From positions 256,001 through 320,000 of IMG/VR virus record IMGVR_UViG_3300010167_000010: DNA of 64,000 nt; one strand, 5' to 3'. The DNA comes from a virus. Lineage: Duplodnaviria; Caudoviricetes. Position 1 is the first letter of the stretch, and each line of letters begins with the position of its first letter. This document shows, piece by piece, positions 1 to 11,200 of this stretch. The notes under the pieces were generated by a model, which worked only from the letters and a program-made list of their open reading frames with translations, did not search any database and was not told the origin of the DNA. The position numbers and the translations under genes are program-made.

Positions 1-186
1 TTCATGTAAAAAAATAATTTTTTTAGTCTTATAATGTTCTTTTAATACTGGTATAAGCCGATCTAAATCATCATAATCTTCACATAAAATCGCAAATTTT
101 TCATTTTCTTCTTTTAATATTTGTTTAATCTGGCGGGTACGAAGATATTCATTACCCTTTCCAAAACATATGATAGCTGTATTCAT
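1..186 (-). CDS. hypothetical protein, 5' part (runs off the window start)
   Basis: Hand translation MNTAIICFGKGNEYLRTRQIKQILKEE...KKIIFLHE, open to position 1; ACTAAATA motif starts 10 nt before the ATG. Confidence 0.7.
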   Translation of the reverse strand, partial: MNTAIICFGKGNEYLRTRQIKQILKEENEKFAILCEDYDDLDRLIPVLKEHYKTKKIIFLHE

Positions 187-197
187 AATATTTAGTT

Positions 198-926
198 CTA
201 ACAATTCACAATAATGTGTTCTTGTTGCCAAGTTAAGAATATTTCTATAGTAGACATTATCAGATTGGGGATAGAGAGCTTCAATTTTTTATCACAACTT
301 AATAAAACTTGAGGAACTTCAATCTCAAATAAAGCTAAAAATTGACTATTTTCTTCAGTAAATAGTTCTCTTAAAACTTCTTCTAATTTGTCTGGCATTA
401 ACATAGTATAAAGTTGATAATATTCTATATTATCTATAATATATTCTATTGCATCTGCATATATTTGATTATCAAATTTATCATAAGATGGACCAATTGC
501 TTTTAATACTAAAGGGTGAGTAGTATATTCTTTTCTAAAACAAGCTTCCCAAGCTTCTTCTTCTGTAGACCCATCATCGATATAAATTAATTTATATTCA
601 TTATATCGTCTCATGATTAAATCTGCTATTGCTTCTTCATTTATTATTTCAAAATCGTAAACATAAGAAGATACATAAGCAATATAATAATCTTGAAATT
701 CTGCATCTGGGAAAATTTCTTTTTCATCTTGAGTTAAAAGTTTAGTTATATGCTTTACGATAAATTTTGTTATTTTTTCTTCACCATCACTTTCTATAAC
801 AAAATTATATTTATTCATAAAAGCAAAATAAAATTGCATCGAAATTAAGTTTATATTATGATGTAATTTTACTAAATTAAGTTTATCAGTTTGAAGCTGA
901 TACATTTGTTGTTCATCTAATTCCAT
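198..926 (-). CDS. hypothetical acidic protein
   Basis: 242-aa ORF; TCTAATTA variant of the late-type motif 10 nt before the ATG; no recognised family motif. Confidence 0.7.
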   Translation of the reverse strand: MELDEQQMYQLQTDKLNLVKLHHNINLISMQFYFAFMNKYNFVIESDGEEKITKFIVKHITKLLTQDEKEIFPDAEFQDYYIAYVSSYVYDFEIINEEAIADLIMRRYNEYKLIYIDDGSTEEEAWEACFRKEYTTHPLVLKAIGPSYDKFDNQIYADAIEYIIDNIEYYQLYTMLMPDKLEEVLRELFTEENSQFLALFEIEVPQVLLSCDKKLKLSIPNLIMSTIEIFLTWQQEHIIVNC

Positions 927-940
927 AATAATTAGAGAGT

Positions 941-969
941 TTGAACAATAATGATAAATGTCTTATATT
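941..969 (+). promoter_or_regulatory. sigma70-like early-type promoter (orphan)
   Basis: TTGAAC-N17-TATATT with TCTTATA, same layout as the copies at 17241, 33223, 46039 and 59552. Confidence 0.55.
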
Positions 970-992
970 ATATAGGGAGAGGTGTGCCTATT

Positions 993-1319
993 TTACGAGT
1001 CTGGTGACGTAGGAATTCGATCTCTTATATATAATCTTACATCTGAATTAAAAAATAAAATATCTGCAATGAGACCAATTTGAATTGTGTCACCACCAAT
1101 TATATAAATTTTTCTTTCCCTATCTTCAAATACTAGAAATGAATTTGGCATTACTCTGACTACTGTGTGACCAGTTAAACTTTCCCCAACTCTTATAGGT
1201 CTCCAAACATTTGGACTTGTTTCTAAATCACATTGACCTCGAACCTCTGTCACAGTATATTGTGCAAAAAGTAATGATACCGAAAATATAAATAAAATTG
1301 TAAATAAAATTTTTCTCAT
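993..1319 (-). CDS. secreted protein with FecR-like N-terminal beta domain
   Basis: Sec signal peptide MRKILFTILFIFSVSLLFA then YTVTEVRG...WRPIRVGESL...VRVMPNSFLVF. Confidence 0.55.
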   Translation of the reverse strand: MRKILFTILFIFSVSLLFAQYTVTEVRGQCDLETSPNVWRPIRVGESLTGHTVVRVMPNSFLVFEDRERKIYIIGGDTIQIGLIADILFFNSDVRLYIRDRIPTSPDS

Positions 1320-1362
1320 AAAAATAAATTAACTCCGTATTATAAATAGAAGACTAAATATT

Positions 1363-1845
1363 ATGACGTACGACTTCTGGCAAAAAACTGGGATGATAAA
1401 ACCTTTCACATCAATAGAACAATTTGAAAAATATGAAGCTGATTTATGTAAATTGCCAAAATTAGATATGTATGCTAACACAGCTCTAAAGAAAAGCAAA
1501 ATTAAAAAAGGAGTAAATATATTATCAGAAAAATTTGATAGTTTTGCCGAATTTACTTTAGTACAATATATGAGATTGATAAAAGGATATGTTGTAGAAA
1601 GAAATAAAAAAATGTATTTTTTAACTTATGTAGATCAAAATGGAAAAGTATGTAAATTTTATCCGGATTTCGTAATCAATGGAAAATTTGCTGAATGTAA
1701 GGGTAAAATGTCAGATAAAGATCTATGTAAATTACAACAATGCCCAGAAGTAGAATGGTATTTTCAATCTGAAATAGAGATAATGTCTAAAGAATTAAAT
1801 AAAGCTTTTCCTGATTGGCGCTCTGAGTTTATCCAAACTAACTAA
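1363..1845 (+). CDS. PD-(D/E)XK nuclease (TnsA-like / head-completion-like)
   Basis: FYPDFVINGKFAECKG motif, preceded by FDSFAE. Confidence 0.65.
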   Translation: MTYDFWQKTGMIKPFTSIEQFEKYEADLCKLPKLDMYANTALKKSKIKKGVNILSEKFDSFAEFTLVQYMRLIKGYVVERNKKMYFLTYVDQNGKVCKFYPDFVINGKFAECKGKMSDKDLCKLQQCPEVEWYFQSEIEIMSKELNKAFPDWRSEFIQTN

Positions 1846-1851
1846 TTTATT

Positions 1852-4800
1852 ATGGCAACGCAGCACCTATATTATTTCTTAGTAATCAATAAAGATATAC
1901 AGAATTGGAATACATTTGATTTACCATTAAGTGATAATTCGGTATTTTCTAATGGTTGGCTTGACCAACAATTTCTCACAGATGAAGAATTAAAAGATTT
2001 TAATAATAGATTAAAATATCAACAAGGTATTTATTATAAAAATCAAGAAGTAATAAATATTACTGGTGATGATCCAGATGATCAACTTCAACAAAATTTT
2101 GAAATAAAACAAGATGGTTGGTATGAGATAATGTTAACATCAGCTGGCGGTGGTACGTCTGAATCTGAAAATTATTTTAATCATGATCATATTTATTGTT
2201 GGTTTAGAGAACATGTTGCTACACTACAATTTATTAAATTTTATGGTGATTATTCTTGGTTATATTTTGAAGAACAAACTAATGGTACTATAACTGTTTT
2301 TAAAGGTACATATCGTTGTACCAATTTTGTTTTAATGTTAGATTATGAAGGAAAATGTGAGGGTTTAACTTATGCTAATAAACCAGCTTATAGACAAAAT
2401 GCAGACGGAAGCTTTTCTTCGGATATTGAAAATCACGGTAATTTTTTACAATTTATAGATAATTTAACTGTTCATCAAAATGCTAATAGATATCCCGATA
2501 TATTTTTACCCTTCAGAGCTGCAGTTAGAGCTACAGATGGGACTATTATTACACCAGCTAGACCAGAAATTAGAAATTTTAGAAATTTAACTTTTGAGTT
2601 CGATGAAGAAACTGAAGTTAAAGAAAATTTTGCTTATTCATTTTTATATTTTGATAGACAAGTAGATAATACTAAAGAATTATTTAGAAAATTATTTTTT
2701 ACTGGAAGAATTCGCGGACAATTTAAAGCTAGATCAAAAGATACAGATTGGCAATTAGACTCAAGTAGACTTCAACAAGGAGTATCTTTTGTTCAAAATG
2801 TAAATTCAGCATGGTCAGCAACTAATGAGACTGTTTATTTAAGAAATTGGTATATTCATGATGCAATGAAATTTAATCATAGTGACCCCTGGAACAATTT
2901 TTCCGAGGGTGAAAATAGAATTTTAAGTCAAAATAATCCTACAATAAATAATGCATATTATCCTTTACCAGAAGGCTCTGGGACATGGATTCAACATTAT
3001 AATCCAAACCCAATAATCTTAAATGTCATAGGAGATAAACCTTTAAGATATGGCGGCAACGGTGGAATGTTTCATCGATTTTTAAACTTAGAAAAATCTA
3101 CTTTAAGTTTTGGTATTGGAAAAAATGGATTATCATTTTCAGATTTTTGGGTTATTGGAAATACTAATATTGATAGATACGGAAGATTTAGTGAAGGTTT
3201 AACATCCGGTGCTGGATCATATGTTCAATTAATTGAAAATGATATTACTGTTTTAGTAGCTGGTGGTGGTAGCGTAGCAGGACAAAATGGTGGATACGCA
3301 TCTATAAATAATAGGGATGGGAGGGGCAGTAATGAAAGAGGAGTAGTGTTTAATCTTTTATTACCAGAAGAATTTCAACATAGATTAGGTGGTATGGGAG
3401 ATAATTTTAGTCCTCCTATAGCAAGTAATCCAGATAATCCACAAATTGGGTTTAATTTAAATAGAGAAATAGAATTTGTTTCGCGGGGAAAAGATGGTCG
3501 ATTTTTATATAATAATTCTGAAATTTTAGGAAATGGTTTAGGTGGTAATGGTGCTGGAATATTTAGAACTTTAACAGGTTTTAATTATTATAGAAAATCA
3601 GAATCTGGTCAATTTATAATGAGATATCTTGGCCCAAAATCTTCTGCAACATATTATAATATTTTAGATTATGATGTTACTCCAACTAGTGATATAGCTA
3701 ATATTTCTTTAGATACAAATATTAAAATTCCAGCAGCAACTACTTTAGAATATAAATTTTTATTTAGACAAAATATGGGAATTGATCCTGGCGAAACTAT
3801 AGTTGTTATTGATAGAGATGAAGAAAAATTAGTAGATGATGAAAATATTCCAGAAACATATTTAAGTTTGGCGGGATTTGCTGAACAATATCCAGGTACT
3901 TTTGTTCTTACACAAATAACGCCTAATATTCAAAAATTATCTTTTGTATCTATAAATAAACATATTAAAATTTTTATAGAAACAAGACTACGTCATTATA
4001 GGGTTTTTTATAAAGATCATGATGATATAAGAAGTATTGAAGGAATTCCACAATTTGGTGAAAGGGCTGGGAGAGAAATCGATTTAATAATAACTTTTAA
4101 TAGACCAGACGTAAATTTAGATATTCAAGCTTTAACTTTATATGGAAATTTAAGATTTGGTTTGCAGACTGGGGATATACAAAACGTAACTTCAACTTAT
4201 AATCATTTAAGAAGAGAACAAAGAATTTCATTTATTATGCCAGAACATGATGTAGAACTTCTTATAGAAAATAATATAAAAACGATTTATAAACTTACAA
4301 TGACTCCTAGAAATGCAATAAACAGACCAGCGTCTGGAAATTTACCAGCATTACAAAATGGTATTATTAGTGGGATTCAATGGGGTTATAATATTCATGA
4401 TATAACAAGTCCACTTGCTGATATAGATACTGAAGTTGTTGCAGGACAACAAATTTATGTGAAACTAACTTTACATAGAAGAACTAGAATAGATAGATAT
4501 CAAAGTACTTTTCCAGAAGGAACAATAATTGAAAGAGAAGGTATGAATCTTCAATCTAATCAATTTTCTGATAATGAACAATGGTTTTATTTTAATATGC
4601 CTGAAAGATCTATAAATATAGATTTATTTCTAGAATTAAGAACTTATAAACTTATTTTAATTCCAGATAGATATAGACGTTTAAATCCTTATTCGTTTGA
4701 TGGTAGGGAAGACTATGAACCTGGTGAACGTGCTAATATTATTTTTGAAATAGAAAATTATTATAAATTATCTGAAAAAGGTGGTTTAATAATAAATAAT

Positions 4801-6585
4801 ATTAATTATCCAATTGATTTGAATGATAAAAGAATGCAAATTCAATGTATAGTTAGATTTGATACAGATACGAGAGCTAATGGATATTTTGTTGATTATG
4901 TAGATAATGATAGAATTAGATTTCCAAAAGTAGAATCAGTTCAATTTAATATTATTTTTAGAAATTCTGATATACAAATATTTTTTGATTTAACTTATTT
5001 AAAAAATTCTACACTTTTTTGTTGTGGACAAACAGTAACATCGAACGTTAGAATTATTGTTCATAGTATTTTAAGATTAATGATAGCTGGATCAAAATCT
5101 GGAGATGGTGGAAAGGGGACTGATGGAGGCCCAACACCTAGAAGATCAAACTCCCAATGGCACGGCGGCGCATCGGCCGCAAATGCACTAAGTGGAAGTT
5201 TACGAGGTTTAATGGGGGGCGCTGGTGGAAGCGGATTTATTGGGGGAGATGGTGGTGCAGGTGTAGATGCAGCTGGAGCTAGATTTTTCGTTGTTACTTG
5301 GCAAGGATTTTTACCTTATGATTTAAGAATTTTACAAGAAGATGGCGGTGGTGGTGGCCCAGGTGGCCACGGATTTATTGGTGGGGGCGCGGGTGCTGGT
5401 GGTGGTCAGGGCTCTGCGTCATGGTCTGGAAATGGGTTTAAGGGTGAAGACGGTAGATCTTTTTTACATGATAATAATTTAACAGAAAGTAATAATCATT
5501 CTATATGGCGCGGTGTTTTAGTAGATTGTTTGATAGAAATTGAAGAAGGAATTATTTATATTGCAACCGGTGGTAATGGTGGAAATGGGAGTGGTGGTCC
5601 TGGTGTAGATCAAGGTGAATGGGGAAATTCGGGGGCCGGAGGCGGAGCCGGCGGCCCGTCTTATTTTTATTCACCTACTACTAGATTTGTTATTTTAAGT
5701 CATAATCCAATATGCGCTACTTTTCTAAATAAAAGTGAAGGAGAGGGTACTTCTTTAGTTAATCAATTTAATTTATATCAACAACATTCAACTTTAAATT
5801 TTGATATGGACTTAAATCAATGGAGGAGACAAGGTTTAAATAGAGAAGTATCAGTTGCAGAGTTTTCTGCAGTTAGACCAAATGCACCAGATGATTTTTA
5901 TAAAGGTATTATAGCTTCTGGAAGTAGGGTCGGAAGAATGATTTTTCAAAAAACTCAAAAAAATGGGTCACATACTCAACAACGTGAATGGGGGAATGTA
6001 CCACCAGTATTATTTAATTCTCCTGTAGCCCAACTTTCTCCAGGAAGAAATACATTTTTAGTAGGAGATGAAAGAAACTCAAATTTTATGATATGGGGTG
6101 TTGATACTACAAACGAGCCAAGATTTAGAGGTTATGGTTTTGGTGGTGGCGCAGGACCTGCGCCAATTCCGACTAATCCAGGAAATTGGTATTTAAGTTG
6201 TGAATTATATGGTGATAATTTAAGAATGATTACACAATTTAATTTAGCTATAGGTGGAAGACGCGGGTTTTTCCCAAATTTATTATTTATTGGTGGTGCA
6301 CTTCAAACTCAACGAATATTATTACAACAAGCAGCAAGTAGAATCCCAAGTCTATATGTTTATAATGAATTGACAAGAAATGTTGCATTGAATCAAAGAA
6401 TTGATTGGGCTTATAACGTTGGTTTTGAATATGGGGGCGACTTAATTCCATTTAATGGTGGTGGTTGTAGAATTATATTTTTAGGAGAGAGAAGAAATAA
6501 TATTGCAATTAGTCCAACACAATTAACAGGAACATTTACTACATATAATTATGCAACAAATCAAATTCCTCTTAATAACTTTTAG
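1852..6585 (+). CDS. large glycine-rich putative virion protein (tail fibre/adhesin-like)
   Basis: 1577 aa; Gly-rich segments (LVAGGGS, GGAGGSGFIGGDGGAG / GGPGGHGFIGGGAGAG) and repeated F.MPE..v.l beta-sandwich-like units; late-type motif upstream. Confidence 0.55.
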   Translation: MATQHLYYFLVINKDIQNWNTFDLPLSDNSVFSNGWLDQQFLTDEELKDFNNRLKYQQGIYYKNQEVINITGDDPDDQLQQNFEIKQDGWYEIMLTSAGGGTSESENYFNHDHIYCWFREHVATLQFIKFYGDYSWLYFEEQTNGTITVFKGTYRCTNFVLMLDYEGKCEGLTYANKPAYRQNADGSFSSDIENHGNFLQFIDNLTVHQNANRYPDIFLPFRAAVRATDGTIITPARPEIRNFRNLTFEFDEETEVKENFAYSFLYFDRQVDNTKELFRKLFFTGRIRGQFKARSKDTDWQLDSSRLQQGVSFVQNVNSAWSATNETVYLRNWYIHDAMKFNHSDPWNNFSEGENRILSQNNPTINNAYYPLPEGSGTWIQHYNPNPIILNVIGDKPLRYGGNGGMFHRFLNLEKSTLSFGIGKNGLSFSDFWVIGNTNIDRYGRFSEGLTSGAGSYVQLIENDITVLVAGGGSVAGQNGGYASINNRDGRGSNERGVVFNLLLPEEFQHRLGGMGDNFSPPIASNPDNPQIGFNLNREIEFVSRGKDGRFLYNNSEILGNGLGGNGAGIFRTLTGFNYYRKSESGQFIMRYLGPKSSATYYNILDYDVTPTSDIANISLDTNIKIPAATTLEYKFLFRQNMGIDPGETIVVIDRDEEKLVDDENIPETYLSLAGFAEQYPGTFVLTQITPNIQKLSFVSINKHIKIFIETRLRHYRVFYKDHDDIRSIEGIPQFGERAGREIDLIITFNRPDVNLDIQALTLYGNLRFGLQTGDIQNVTSTYNHLRREQRISFIMPEHDVELLIENNIKTIYKLTMTPRNAINRPASGNLPALQNGIISGIQWGYNIHDITSPLADIDTEVVAGQQIYVKLTLHRRTRIDRYQSTFPEGTIIEREGMNLQSNQFSDNEQWFYFNMPERSINIDLFLELRTYKLILIPDRYRRLNPYSFDGREDYEPGERANIIFEIENYYKLSEKGGLIINNINYPIDLNDKRMQIQCIVRFDTDTRANGYFVDYVDNDRIRFPKVESVQFNIIFRNSDIQIFFDLTYLKNSTLFCCGQTVTSNVRIIVHSILRLMIAGSKSGDGGKGTDGGPTPRRSNSQWHGGASAANALSGSLRGLMGGAGGSGFIGGDGGAGVDAAGARFFVVTWQGFLPYDLRILQEDGGGGGPGGHGFIGGGAGAGGGQGSASWSGNGFKGEDGRSFLHDNNLTESNNHSIWRGVLVDCLIEIEEGIIYIATGGNGGNGSGGPGVDQGEWGNSGAGGGAGGPSYFYSPTTRFVILSHNPICATFLNKSEGEGTSLVNQFNLYQQHSTLNFDMDLNQWRRQGLNREVSVAEFSAVRPNAPDDFYKGIIASGSRVGRMIFQKTQKNGSHTQQREWGNVPPVLFNSPVAQLSPGRNTFLVGDERNSNFMIWGVDTTNEPRFRGYGFGGGAGPAPIPTNPGNWYLSCELYGDNLRMITQFNLAIGGRRGFFPNLLFIGGALQTQRILLQQAASRIPSLYVYNELTRNVALNQRIDWAYNVGFEYGGDLIPFNGGGCRIIFLGERRNNIAISPTQLTGTFTTYNYATNQIPLNNF

Positions 6586-7375
6586 TTTTATAAAGTTCTA
6601 CTATTTTTTCTTGAGTTTTTTTATCAAAATTATGAAGATGTTGTTTAATAAGATTTAAATTTGAATCAGAAAAATCATCAATTTTATTACTTATTTCTTT
6701 GGCAAAAACAAAGTTTTCTTTTTCTGTAAATTTACTTAATACTTGTTTTTTTAAATTTTTTGTTTGAATTTCTTTTTTATATGTATCAAAATCATTCTCT
6801 AATTTTTTTATAGAATTATCAATTAAATATTGTATTTCATTTTTTAACTCATCTATATTATTTTTAAAAAAATAAAAATAGGCATTATTTAAAAATATTT
6901 TAGAATATTCATCAGAAATTGATGTTGGAAATTCTGAGTTTTCAAAAAATATTTCGTAATCTATACCAAATTTTCTAGGAAGCCAATTATCTCTAGGTTC
7001 TTTTTTATATCTATTATAAAGAATCTCTTTTTCTGATGGTAGCATTAATATCATAAATTTAATTAAAGAATCTTTAAAAATTTCTGAAAAAGCTTTTATT
7101 AGTAAATCGTTTTCAGAATAAAGATTTAAGTTTTGACTTTCAAGAAAAAAACAATCGAAACAACTTAAAAGTTTATTTTCCTTTTTAAAATATTCGAGCA
7201 TAAAACGTTGTCTATTATTCCAATTTTCTTTTAATAGATTCTCATCATCTAAAACAGCAATATCATCTTTATATATTTCTTTCAATTTTCTTATAGTAGT
7301 AGATTTCCCTGAATAGGGGCAACCAAATAATATAATAATAATTTTTTGATTTTCTTCCATAATTATATAGTTCAC
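6572..7375 (-). CDS. P-loop kinase (AAA_33/NMP kinase-like); real start probably 7360
   Basis: IIILFGCPYSGKST Walker A near the N-terminus; EILYNRYKKEPR lid-like motif. Confidence 0.65.
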   Translation of the reverse strand: MNYIIMEENQKIIIILFGCPYSGKSTTIRKLKEIYKDDIAVLDDENLLKENWNNRQRFMLEYFKKENKLLSCFDCFFLESQNLNLYSENDLLIKAFSEIFKDSLIKFMILMLPSEKEILYNRYKKEPRDNWLPRKFGIDYEIFFENSEFPTSISDEYSKIFLNNAYFYFFKNNIDELKNEIQYLIDNSIKKLENDFDTYKKEIQTKNLKKQVLSKFTEKENFVFAKEISNKIDDFSDSNLNLIKQHLHNFDKKTQEKIVELYKTKSY

Positions 7376-7383
7376 TAATTATT

Positions 7384-8226
7384 ATGATAGATTTTGATAA
7401 AGTGAATAAAATAAATAGAAAAGTCTATAATGGAGATACTTTACAATTAGATAATATTATTTCTGTTGAATTTAGAATAGATTTAATAAATAATATTTTA
7501 AAAGAAGACGATTTTTCTATTTTCTTTTCAAAAAATACTGAACAAAAACATATATCTCATATAGAAAGAATAACTAATGGATTACCGTCTGAATTTTATA
7601 TTACTGATTTTTCTAATTATAAAAAATTACCTACTAAAGGAATAAAAACAAATATTACAGGAAAAAATCTTTTACCATATATATCTAAACTTCTTAATAA
7701 AGAAAATTTTTATATAAATAATTTTTTTTATTTTAATCACTATGATTCTATAAATTTAAAAGGAGAACATCAAGATAAGTATTATTATATTGATATAGAC
7801 TTAGATAATAAAAAATTAAAAAAAGGACTAGGTTTAATTAATAAACGTTTTTATAATAAAAATTTTATAAGTGAAATTCTCCGATACGATTATAAAACTT
7901 TAGAATTAAATAAAATTTATATTTGTCACAATCATTATGATATAAATGACACTTATATGTTTCCAATATTTGAACAATATAAACCATGGCAAATTTTTTA
8001 TTATTTTACACCAGATGATTTAGATAATCCAAAAGAATGCCTTTTTGATGGTAGACAGTGTATGTTAGCTACTAAAGAACTTTTTATTAAATATTTTGGA
8101 ACAGATAATTTACCAGAGTATTCTGATCCAGAGAATAGAGAAAAATTTAATCGTTGTTATATTAGAGAAGCACAATGGTATTGGGAAAGTATACAAGCCG
8201 GAAAAAATGTTTATAATTCTATATAG
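7384..8226 (+). CDS. hypothetical protein
   Basis: 280-aa ORF; ACTAATTA 10 nt before the ATG. Confidence 0.7.
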   Translation: MIDFDKVNKINRKVYNGDTLQLDNIISVEFRIDLINNILKEDDFSIFFSKNTEQKHISHIERITNGLPSEFYITDFSNYKKLPTKGIKTNITGKNLLPYISKLLNKENFYINNFFYFNHYDSINLKGEHQDKYYYIDIDLDNKKLKKGLGLINKRFYNKNFISEILRYDYKTLELNKIYICHNHYDINDTYMFPIFEQYKPWQIFYYFTPDDLDNPKECLFDGRQCMLATKELFIKYFGTDNLPEYSDPENREKFNRCYIREAQWYWESIQAGKNVYNSI

Positions 8227-11200
8227 GAAGAAATTCTGGAAAATATCTTGTAACTATATCAAAATTATCAAAAACAGAAACAAGTGAGATTGGATTATTA
8301 TCTCCATCTTCCATAATTCTAATTTGTGGCCTACCAATATAAAGAGCATTAGCAACTAAAAATTCTTGTATTTTAGCCGCATCCTCGGTCATATCAAATT
8401 CATTTATAAAATTTTCTGATAAATAAGGAATTATATAAATTGAATTTTCTTCAATATTAGAATTTCTTGTAATTAAAACATTTGTGTCAACTACTCTTAT
8501 TACAGATATTTTTCCTATACCAGAATCTGCCATATATATTAAATATTTATTTGTTATATTAAGAGGTCTCCACCATAATAGATAAATATCATCATATTTT
8601 TCTGCAACAATAGTTTGTCTTGGATAAGAAGTTATTTCTTTTGGATGATCAAAAGGTTCTTCATTTAATGCTAAATGTAATTGATTAGAAACATCTTTTT
8701 CACCATGAATTTTTGTCATCATATCATAATCAGTTGGAATATGAGAACCATAAAGAGCAAATCTATCAATTGTTGGTCTATGAATAATAATATCTGATTT
8801 AGTATTTACATTACTTATAATACCTCTAATACCTAAATCACTAGTTTGAATAAAACCATCAACAACTAAACCGCTAACAAAACCATTTACATAACCAAAT
8901 ATATATCTATTACTTAGATTACCCCATCTATTTCCACTTGTTCCACTTGAAGCTCCCCAGGTTGCTGACCAACGTTCAATACTTGTTAATTCACCACTTA
9001 TTATGCCTCTTTCAGCTATTCTTCCATTTACAATACCAGAAATAAATACATTATCAAAATAAGTGAATCCTGGTGATAAAGCCCCTGTTCCCATTGCAGC
9101 AGCTTGATTATAACCATTAAATGTTGCTGTACCAAAATGAGTAAATAATCCAGAATAATCGCCGTATTTTTTATTTCTAATAGCTTCATTAGATAAAATA
9201 ATACCAGGACCACCATTATTTCTCCATAAATTATTAGCTTCTGTTCCTGAAGCTCCAGAGAAATGATTAGAATCTTGATATATTTCCATAATAGCTTGAT
9301 TACCATAGTCTAAGTTTATATCTGTTTCTGTATACTGATAAGCTAATGAATCATAAAAACCAAATAATGGTTGATGGTCAATAATTTGTCCTTGAATATT
9401 TCGTATTGGTACAAGAGCACCACTATTTTCAGATATAGTTGTAGTAACATTTCCTGGACCAATCCCAATAGTATTTTGATTTCCTGAAAGTGATGGAACG
9501 TTAACCCTAACATTATCAATATTTACTTCATACTCAGTTGGTTCTCTTGTAAAATCTATACCAATAATATCTCCAATAAGTATATTACCATCTGAACCTG
9601 TTGGAGAATTTTCGATCCATTCAGGGAAAGTTATAAAAGCCCTATAAGTAATAGTTACAGAATTAGAATTAGAAGAATCGTTTGCAAAACCAGTATTTAC
9701 AGTAGCACTAACAGATGAATTAGATGTTCCACCATTAAAAGTAATTGGATTAGGAATTGATATATTTTCTCCAAAAGAAATATTTCTATTAGAATTATGA
9801 TGTTGTAAAATAATATTTCCAGGTGTCCAGGCTGGTTGTTGTTTTAATTGGGCTATATAAGTTGGTGGGACTTCTGGTATATCTGGGATTGGTGGATCAA
9901 CATCAGGATCTCCTGGAATAAATGGTGATCCTGGGTTCGTTTGTATAATATCTAATTCTAATGGAATAAAAGTATTAGTAACATCAAATATTTTTACTAT
10001 ATTAGGATATTCTGGAATTAAAACAGTTGCTCTTCCATGAACTGACACATCATTATGCCCATTAACTGTAGTCATAAATCCAGATAATGTTCCGTTAACC
10101 CGACCACTAATATTTAATGCTTGAGTTCTTCTAATAGTTCCAGATATCCACTCATCTTCAATTGGTCTAATGTATTGATCATGTTTTAATTCGATTCCAC
10201 TTGTTAAATCAGCTCTAATAATTTGTTCACCTAAATCGAAATAATTTCTATATAATCTTAAACCAGAAATTGGTCCAATATTATTTATTCCAGATAAATT
10301 AGAATGAATTTTTGTATTTATATCTTCGCCTTCGCGTTGGCCTTGCCAAATACCACTATAATTAAAATCGTGAGTACCAGAAGAATTAAATCGATATTTC
10401 ATGAAATTATTCCCATGCATATCTGTTTTTACTAAATTAAAAGTTCTATATTCATCTCCTACGTCTGGGCTTCCATCTGCAGGCCACCATTCGCTTACAC
10501 CTTCAGAATTAGTTCGATATTCACCGCCCCAACCCCAAGGATTATCCATGTAAGTCATCATTGTAACTGAGTGAACGCCAGAAGTTAATCGAGAATCTAC
10601 ACCAGCTGATATATTCATTCTATGTAATTCATTTAATTGTTGTTCAGTAAATCCCATTACTTCTTCACGAGATTCTTGTTCGGTCATATAAAAATGAGCT
10701 GTCCACTTTACTCCTGAAAAATGTTCTACATTAAATAAACTTGGATCTTTAGGTCTCCAATAATCTACAACTGAACTTATATTTTGTCTATTAAGAATAT
10801 AAGTAAATTTTGGTTTATATTGATAATCTTTATTAGTAAAATTTTCAGGTTTATGGATCGGTCTTATTTTTAAAGTCCAACCAGACGATATCTTATGTTT
10901 TTCAAAACCAAAAGCTGAATATTCTCCATTATATTTTATGTTTGCTTCTAAATGAGAAAATGATTCAGAACTATTTTTTAATATAAGTCTATTATTTATA
11001 TCATTTTTATCAAAAGGATAATTTGGTCTAAAAGTATAAAAACCAGTTGAAGATCTATCATATTGTTTATATTTATCTATAACAGTTAAATCAGCATTTA
11101 TTGAATGAGTATCTATATCACAATTTTCTCTTATATAAGATAATTTTGAAATAATATCGTAAAGAATACCTTCAACAGATTGGGAAGCAAATGATGATTG

